DNA from: Orbicella franksi
Lineage: Eukaryota
Assembly: GCA_964199315.1 (NCBI GenBank)
Contig: OZ116704.1
Span: 24,552,001-24,616,000, forward strand
Direction of reading: 5' to 3'
Length of the DNA: 64,000 bases
Part shown: positions 56,125-64,000 of the stretch, piece after piece
Position numbering within the stretch: the first letter of the stretch is position 1
Layout: each line of letters opens with the position of its first letter
Program-made: the position numbers and the translations under genes
Notes under the pieces: generated by a model
The model's input: only the letters and a program-made list of their open reading frames with translations
Told to the model about the DNA's origin: nothing
Databases searched by the model: none

Positions 56125-56305
56125 GTCGCCGTAACTTAAGGCGACGTTAGGCGATTTAAAGCAACTTTAGGCGACTTGAGCAAAATTGGCAGAGAAAAAA
56201 AAAACATTGCTACTTTAAGCGATTTCAGGTGATTTTAGGCGACTTAAGGCGACTTAACGCGACTCAAGACAAATTAAGGCGACTCAAGGCGATTTTAGGC
56301 GACTT
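56118..56305. repeat. Array of about 15 degenerate 10-bp units (TTAAGGCGAC) at the left end of the insertion
   Basis: Direct read; resembles transposon subterminal repeats. Confidence 0.8.
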
Positions 56306-56433
56306 GGGCAGACTTTATTTCACTGGACTGATATAAATTTAAACTTAGCAACAGTCTCTCCATATATCTCTTGCAATAAACCAATATTGTACCAATACTG
56401 GTACATAATTAAGTCACCACAATCTCCAATATT

Positions 56434-56670
56434 CAGGACCAGGTTGTTCAAAGCCCGATTAAACTAACCCAGGATTAGAGAGAATTTCGATTACTTTCAT
56501 TTTGTAACTTTTAGGTCCAGTTCTCCGTTTATGTTGTTTGTCTTTCAATTTTGAGTTTGATTCATCTAAAAACTACACAACCATAAGCAGTGAAAGAAAT
56601 TTCTATACCAAACAAAAAAATATATATCACCTAGGTTAGCGCTAACTGGCTTTCGAACAACTCAGGCCAG
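56434..56670. mobile_element. Harbinger-like MITE with 3-bp TSD (ATT)
   Basis: CAGGACCAGGTTGTTCAAAGCC vs GGCTTTCGAACAACTCAGGCCAG; ATT on both flanks. Confidence 0.6.
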
Positions 56671-57592
56671 ATTTCAAACCATTAAAAAATACTATTAAAG
56701 AAAGAATTACCACAACACTGAACAGTTACTACTATAAGAATAATAATAGCAATAAATACCAGCAAGGTAGCATGAATATTAGTGAAGATATCAATAAAAA
56801 AATCAAACAAAACTAATAAAAATGTATTCACAGTGACAAAAATTTTAAATTTAAGATACCTTGATTTAATTTGAAATGTTTGTATATTTGCCATAAATTA
56901 TTCAAACAACAGGGAAATTAGAATTAATTTATCTCATTTACATGCATTTATTTTACAATGCTTCCCGAATTATAAAAATGGTTATTCTGGTAGACTCTTC
57001 TGCCATATTTTTGGCATCTCCACTGTCAATTTTAGCATCTCCACTGTCAATTTCAGGCCTTTTCAGGGACCAAATCGATTTGTTGCTCTCCTGCCTCAGT
57101 GAGACAAAATATTCCAACACCATAATGAGTAATGCATGCTAAGTTCCTTCGTAAGCACACTTCCTGTCAAATTTCCCCAACTACTTGTCAGGCTCCAGAA
57201 AACTTTGATGACCCTGGTAGTTTATACAGTGAATCGAATCTTTTTAGAAGGTTTTTACCACGGTTGATCAGACCACCAGGAAATACACCTTCCAAGCTTT
57301 CACTAGTTTCCACTTGACACATTACAAATGCCCAGAACGACATTTTCGCAACGTAATACTAGAAATTGATATATCGATACCAGACACACTAGTCTCGGCC
57401 ATTTTGATTCTCCCAGTAACCCTTGCGCCGCTAACTGGTTTCCATGCTTCAAAGAGACGAGATATCGGCCTGTGCCACGAAAATTCGAGTTCTCTTGCTA
57501 AGTGTTCTGTTGATATCAAATCACCCGATGATAAATTACTGTATTCAAATTTCGGAGAGTATTAGTTTCGCGATTTTTTTTTTCTTTCCTGT

Positions 57593-59297
57593 CAGGAGCC
57601 ATAATCGGGGACGGAGACCGTAAGCGCGTGCCGTTTCTAGTATTGGGGCTGTCCCCATGATATGGGACAATTTTTTTTATTTTTTAGAACAAATTGCGCC
57701 ATCATCTGCGGCACACGCGCATACATTCTGCGAGGATTTGCGTATGTAGCGCGAGGAAATGGCTTCCGAAATTCCCGAAATCTTCGACGCTTTTGGCCCA
57801 CAACTCAATACGTTCATGTCTGTTGAAATTTTACTTCAGTATTTTCGTCGTCAGCTGCTCCAGTTTGCGAGAAGTAAGACAGTGTTGATTTAGTTATGTC
57901 CCGCTTTATATCACTGACCGAGTTGTGTTCCGCTGCTTCTTTGACTTCTTTTACAAGAGCTCCACATTACTCCCCTCCAAGTTTCACATGTGTTGAAGAT
58001 TAACAGCTTTTCCATAACACAGCAAAAACTTAGTTGGGTATATTTGGGTATAGCAGCGTTTCAGGACTTCAAAGTTTCCCTCCTCTTACCACACGCTTGC
58101 GAGGATTTTGCCAGAGTCTATCGCGACCGAAGAGTAAACAAAAAAAAGAAAAATATTTGAGTTTCGCCTGAATTGTAAGCAACGCTTGATCTTTTATCAA
58201 GGCCCAATAAGTGACAAAGTTTATGTCTGTAGATGATGCTCAGTTTTGTTTGTGTAAAAAACTAGCAAATTGTCTGTTGTCGATGAAGAAGAGCGCCCGC
58301 CGATGTGTGCTTTGTACAGTCAGTAAAACATGACAAATTGGACTCACGCACTTTCGTGTGAAAACGTACATCGAATTCAGATAATATCTCTAGTTTTTAA
58401 ATATGTTTAAGGTTGATAAATGTTTGAGCACATATTAGAATCTTAGCTGAAAATATGTGAATACAGCAGAAATAATCGGTAAAGTTACGATGATGCTTTC
58501 TTTAATCAACTCGAACAACGATTTCAATTTTGTTGGTTGACTGTTGTCAAAACTCCGTGTCTATTTTATTTTCGCAGTGTAAAATTTCACTATGTTAAAG
58601 AAACACACATGATGTTAGTAGCCTTTGGGCGTTGGGGAAAATTGTTGCAGCATCTAAGCACAAAAGACAACCAAAGAAATCTTTGTCAAGATTGACAATT
58701 CAAAACACCGACTCGGACTTGAAAGTGCACGCGTTGCACTATGCAAAATGAGCTACTCAAAACCTTTTGCAAAATCGCCAAACAAACAGAAACGATAAGC
58801 AACTATCAAAAACAGGTTTTGGTTATGATTAATTAAGCATTGTTTGGGAAACTCTCAAATTAACTCGATACCAGAGTAAAGAGTTTTCTTTCATAACTTT
58901 TCTTCACAGAGCAAACGCAAATGTTTACGCGTTTAACTAGCGCGAGCAGATAATATTCATTCACAGCGCGAAATTGAAGTCTTGTTTTCGACCCTGAAAA
59001 AACTCACCTTTTCCATCAGCTCAGAGCATAAAACGACATATAAGAGCCCTTGATCTTATTCCTTGCCTTATTCCCTGCCATCGCTTTGAAAAATCTACAA
59101 GAGAATCTCGCAACTCTCACCATTTGATCACGCAACGTGACAAAATCCACGCAAGAGTCCCCGACATGTGCGTGGATCTGCTCGGATATATGACGTCAGG
59201 ATAGCGCAATTTGTTCTAAAAATAGAAAAATTGTCCCATATCATAGGTGCGCGCGGATCCCAAGACTTACGGTCTCCGTCCCCGATTATGGCTCCTG
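57593..59297. mobile_element. Non-autonomous TIR element with a perfect 8-bp TSD (hAT- or P-like)
   Basis: TIR CAGGAGCCATAATCGGG(G)ACGGAGACCGTAAG at both ends; TTTCCTGT at 57585-57592 and 59298-59305; extended imperfect IR of about 110 bp. Confidence 0.88.
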
Positions 59298-60606
59298 TTT
59301 CCTGTTTATTGTAAACGCCTGTCGGAGTAATAGAGCTCGCATACACTTTAGTCACGGGGCCAAACTAAGTCCCGTGTTCCAAACATTCGCCTGGAGGTCA
59401 TGTTTACTGAGACTTGATCACAGGGAATTTTCTGTACCTTAGCCTGCGATAGTAAAAGTAGCGCAGTCCACGGAATGTGTATAAGATGATGTGAATACCT
59501 GGCTTCATCAAATGCACGAAAAGGATAGATGAACATTATGCTGCACGTTGGTTCGTCCAATTACGAAATTCAAACGTTTACAGTTGGTCGAATGTGGAAG
59601 TAAAATGCAAATAATGATTTTAGCTGGAGAAAAAATGGCCCACTTTTGTCACTCTTTTACACTGGGTAAGTAAAGTATTTAAAGTAGTTTGGTTCAATTG
59701 ACTTTGGATGACCATATTTTTACTGCTCAGTGTAAAAGTGACTGGAAAGAATTGAGCCTCAACCTAGAAATATCGCTCTATTATTATTATTATTATTATT
59801 ATTTTTTTTTTTTTTTTTTCATCTTGATGATCTGGAACACCGTAGGTCTTCGGAAGATTTGATTCAGTAATATCGTACAAAAATTAATAAGCTCAGAGGA
59901 AATTATTGCAGTATCGTCATTTGCTATATCTTTCCATATTTAATACATTTCCTGATGATAACACAGAGTGTTACCTTTTTTATTAACTTTTTTACAGTGA
60001 AATACAAGGGAAAAAAATAAAAGAAATAAAAAAGGAAATAGAAATAGAAATAAAAGCCATCTGTGAGAGAGTATACATCAGATTGTCATTTCCATTTAAG
60101 TATTGTCTTCATGAAGAAATTATTCCTGCTAACATGTGGACTAGACAGGTGCAGGACTATTATGATATTAGGGTTTTTTTATGTATAACTAAGCCACGGC
60201 TTTGAGGCATAATACAGTAATTGTCGGGTCCTCAGCTTCTTAAAGGACCCTAGTCAGCGTCTGCTATTTCCGATGCCATGGAAATTATTGATATTGCATA
60301 GTGAGGCGAAGTCTTGTTGCTTTACTGTAAGTTGTGTTCCTGAAAGTATGTCCCTGTATCTTTAGTAGTTTCACGGTGATTTTCTTTGCTTTGACATGCT
60401 CTGAATAAAACATAAAAGTCAATTTCTTGTATGTACACAAAAACAAAGGTGTGGTTGACTAGGGCCCTTAAAGGGGAGTTTTAGAAGGCTCCAATGCATT
60501 GGGAACGCGTGTTAAAAGAAAATTAAAAGCACACCTATTGAGGTTACCTCTACTGCACCCTGCTCCCCTGTTCCGTAACCAGTACCCATTTATACATAAC
60601 CAGTAC

Positions 60607-62085
60607 CCATTTAAGTTTGCCGACAAAAGAGAGCTTTCACAGAAATGCGAAATTTTATCATTCGATTTTGTTTTTAGGGAGCTTGAATGTGTGAACCTTC
60701 ACAGAGGGTCTCAATGAACCCAATAAGGTGGTGACTTTTACGGCTAATGGTTAATAATTTGGCCTCTTTACCCTAAATAAATCTTAGAAATTTATTAGCA
60801 TTGTTTTAAAAAGTTGCAAATTAATTTTCCTCGTTAAAAAAAAAAAAAAAACTGAAAAAACTAAAAAAATTTATTTTCATAACTGTAAAACATATTACGG
60901 CATGAGGTCTTTGCCGGAACCATTTCGGGATTTGAAAAGGTACTATTATAAGAACTTTGGACTAACATAATTACTACTTTCAAAGCCTTTCAATACTAAG
61001 AAATATTATTTGACTCCTTTAAGAAGAATTCTGAGGGAACCTGTTTTCAGCGGACACCCTGTATTAAGGGGACACTAGTAAGAGTCCCGAGGGCCGGGTG
61101 TGCGCCTAGTACAGATTTGATTTTACGGTGCTTTACTCCTTATCAACCAACTGATCCCTCTTTTTCAAATGACTCTTTCTTATCAAGCCATCAATCAACT
61201 CAATCCTTTAGCTAGTTAATCCCGAATCCCCATCACCAGCAGTTCATAACGATTCAAATTCATCTGTCCGTCCCTCTGTCCATCTGTCCATCTGTCTCTC
61301 GGTCGATCTGTCCATCAATTTTTCCGACTGACAGTGTTAATTTGTGTGTCAACCTGTCGATCTGCCTGCCCAACTGCAGCCTAGCCTACCTGTCAATTTA
61401 CCTGCCCACTCACTATGCATTAATGGTCTCGAGCCTTGCTCAGTATTTCCTAAGGGTGACTGCGTAATAAGGTTTGGGCAAACAAATTAGTTTCCATTTT
61501 GTTGAGTTTCTCTCAAAGTTGATTGTATTCCCCATCAGTGCATTCTTCACCCGTGATTACCAGGGTCACGCTTATTACATCACTTGCTATGACTAACAAA
61601 AAAAAAGATGAGTCAAGTCGATCCAAGCACGGGGCTTACCTAGTAACAGGCAAAGCTTAATTTGCCGAAGTTTTATTTAAAAAAAAAAAAAATGGATAGT
61701 TTGCTCCCAAACCTTGCAATGAATACAATCTTCAGCTTAGTAGTTTACTAAAACCACGCTGCATATTTTAAACGTAGAACCAATTTTAAAAAGCTTAATG
61801 GTTCTTGTGTGTCATTAAGGGACCTTGCACAAAACACGACGGCAACGGCAACGAGAACGTCACTAAAGAAAAGGCTTAATGAGCAAAACAATGGCTGCGC
61901 ACGTGCGTTATAATTCTTGGTACATTTCTTTGCCGCCCTCTGCAAAGCGGCAACTTGAAATGACCAAATTGTACGTTGTCTGGAGAACGTGAACCACAAC
62001 GGCTGATTTTTCGTATTTCTATTTGGAACTGAACGCATTCGTAGCATATTCAGCAGGAGCTAGTTAAATAAATGCGAAATTCCAA
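60607..62085 (-). pseudogene. Inverted paralogous segment (intron 4, exon 5, intron 5) with a dead exon 5 at 61495-61592
   Basis: Reverse complement of about 51600-53110; its exon 5 has TGA (QL*EKLNKM) and a GA donor. Confidence 0.88.
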
Positions 62086-62099
62086 TATTTCGACGGCAA

Positions 62100-62161
62100 C
62101 GGTATCCTTGTTGTCATAATCATTGCTCTTGTTGTGTACATCTTATGGCTTCACAAGAAAG
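62100..62161 (+). pseudogene. 3' half of the TM exon ([20 protein letters not shown]) with no acceptor
   Basis: Near-identical to 27898-27959; GTGAGC donor; the 5' half is replaced by the inverted segment. Confidence 0.9.
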
Positions 62162-62782
62162 GTGAGCACTATTCTAAATGTTCTGAGTAAATCTTAACAG
62201 TGACTTCCAGACGACTTCACTTGTCCGATAATTTACCTGGTTCTGCTAAACCTCCGACTTTAATCTTCTATGGTGTTGGATGTAAATATTATATAACTAC
62301 TAAAACAGTTATAACTGAACCAGACAACGTTGACACAAAGCGTTTATGTCAGGTCTGGGACGTTTTGTGTTTTTCTTTATTGTTTATAAGACTTTTACCT
62401 CTTTTGAATCCTTCATCATCATTTCTTGCAACACCGACACCCAACGTGGCCCATACTGCCATGTTAACAGACCTCCGGCATCAGTTCGTTAAGCTCTTTT
62501 TTGTTATTTCATATAGGAAGGGGTAATGAGAAGTCTTATCAATTTCTTCATCTTTTCTCCTCCCAACTTGATTAACAACCTGAGGTCTTTTCTGTGCCCG
62601 CCGTCGTGCTGTTTCTATAGCAACTTGAACTTTTTTGTTTCCTTTCGATTCTTCTCCTTTAAATATGAGTAGCTTAAGTTTAATTCTTATCAGTACCCTG
62701 GGATCCACTGTAATTGGCTACGCTGTAGTGATCTCCCTGCCTAATGAATTTTTTTGTAATATGTTAGTATTTTAGTTAGGCG

Positions 62783-62815
<33 letters not shown>

Positions 62816-62860
62816 GAATAAATAAATAAAAGTTAATCATTTCATTTTTCCATCTTTAAG

Positions 62861-62879
62861 GGACTGCAGCTATGGATAG
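62861..62879 (+). pseudogene. 19-nt micro-exon homologue (G-TAAMD-R)
   Basis: TTTAAG acceptor, AG/GTAAGC donor; same length and phase as 28403-28421. Confidence 0.82.
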
Positions 62880-63129
62880 GTAAGCTTGTTAGAGCAGTGC
62901 ATTTGTATTCGTTGATTTCATCACTTGGGTCTTAACGTTGATTCCGCTTAATAATTTCGCTATTTGAAATGTGCTACTTCAATGGACAAATAAGACGTGG
63001 TGGCCTGGTGTTTAGTGTGCTGGACCCGGGTCGACGCGGTCTGGGTTCGAGCACTGGTGGGGTCGTTGTGCTGTGTTCTTGGCCGCTAGCTGCAAGACTC
63101 CGTACTCGTACAGTGCCTCTCTCCGCCCA

Positions 63130-63770
63130 GAACAAATATATAGATTTAGCCGAGTGTAAAAGCGGAGCTCTTGATTGCAATAACCATCCATAAAAAAGAG
63201 GATTTGTTTTTCTTGGATCGGAAACTCAAAAATTGATCAATTGTTAACATGTAATTGTTCAGCGTGTGGTTTCGCTATTTTTCCAGTTAAATTTTAACAA
63301 ACTGACGACACGGTTGTGCAAGGAATATGTCGGAAGAAAAGTCAAAAACGCGCCAGGAGTAAATTTGCGCCGAAATTTTTCCTTGGCGTGTACTCCCTTC
63401 TTCTCCCTAAAGTAATAACTTGGCTTGACCCCGAAATCCAATCGAAAAAAAAAAAAAACAGTCTCTGGTCAGCGGTCAACTTCAAAAAACACGTGACCTT
63501 GATGAGCTCTAAGCCTGAGACTGAGATATGATCACGTCATACTGGTTAGCGGCTAGCTTGTTTTGACAGCTGTCAATTAACATGGATACCCAAAATTCAA
63601 AGATGAAGCTATGGTAATCGTGCTACTGTCTTATTTTTCAGGGTATTGGCAGACGGACGTACGGACAGTCACGTGACAACCTTTTTTTTTTTTTTAAAAT
63701 CGATGGGTTACCAAGTTTTCTAAGGCATGGGGCTTCGCTCGTGCGCCTTCGGCGCACAGGAGCTCCACTA
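63130..63770. mobile_element. Non-autonomous repeat with short subterminal IRs (AAGCGGAGCTC / GAGCTCCACTA) and a 3' hairpin; interrupts the SINE
   Basis: GTGCGCC-TTC-GGCGCAC hairpin near 63740; SINE homology stops at about 63128. Confidence 0.45.
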
Positions 63771-64000
63771 ATGATGAAAATTATCCTGTAATAAAGCTAT
63801 CAACTCGATAGTAATTTTTTTCGGGCTAGTGTAAAATTTATAACAACTTTATTTGCGCTAAAAATATACGAATGTGTACATGCAAATAGGGTGCCAACAG
63901 GGAAGAACTTAATGTTCATATAAAGCTGACCCCGTTAATAAAAATAAGTAAACTACATATACAATTCTAAAGCATATTACCTCCCCCCCCCCCCCTGAAT

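Larger units (their letters stand above)
40122..62879 (+). pseudogene. RTK copy C: ATG changed to TTG, exons 1-7 open, broken in the SEA exon; TM half-exon and micro-exon resume at 62100
   Basis: Exons and introns colinear with copy B; exon 7 diverges at 56104 with a stop at 56122-56124. Confidence 0.85.

Noticed and set aside
56118-56305. Regular short repeats resembling a CRISPR array
   Set aside because: The units are 10 bp and adjacent, with no unique spacers or cas genes; the context is eukaryotic.

Overview
AT-rich eukaryotic genomic DNA, inferred to be from a stony coral or related cnidarian (based on the repeat families and the kinase subfamily). The window holds a head-to-tail tandem array of three copies (A, B, C; all + strand) of one multi-exon receptor tyrosine kinase (RTK) gene. 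Copy B (14948-37116) assembles by hand into 19 exons with consistent phases: 2616 nt, 871 aa, no internal stop. Its architecture is signal peptide, V-type Ig, two further Ig domains, SEA domain, Thr/Ser stalk, Cys-rich motif, TM helix, juxtamembrane region with two SxYxxL motifs, RET/FGFR-like kinase and a YANV tail. Copy A (3373-6294) is a kinase-only pseudogene fragment lacking the catalytic loop. Copy C (40122-62879) has TTG in place of ATG, keeps an open frame through the ectodomain, and is broken inside the SEA exon by an insertion followed by an inverted segment from another paralog. Between A and B lies a 7.3-kb TIR element with a degenerate 10-bp target-site duplication (TSD), ending 60 bp before the ATG of B. 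Nested inside it is a very young Mag-type Ty3/Gypsy LTR retrotransposon (identical LTRs, 5-bp TSD, one nonsense codon). The introns contain Penelope-like elements with hammerhead-ribozyme motifs, CR1-group LINE fragments, tRNA-derived SINEs, Harbinger-, pogo- and hAT-like MITEs, a Crypton (DUF3504) derivative and a RecQ-helicase fragment. All coordinates, alignments and translations were done by eye; no database search was run.
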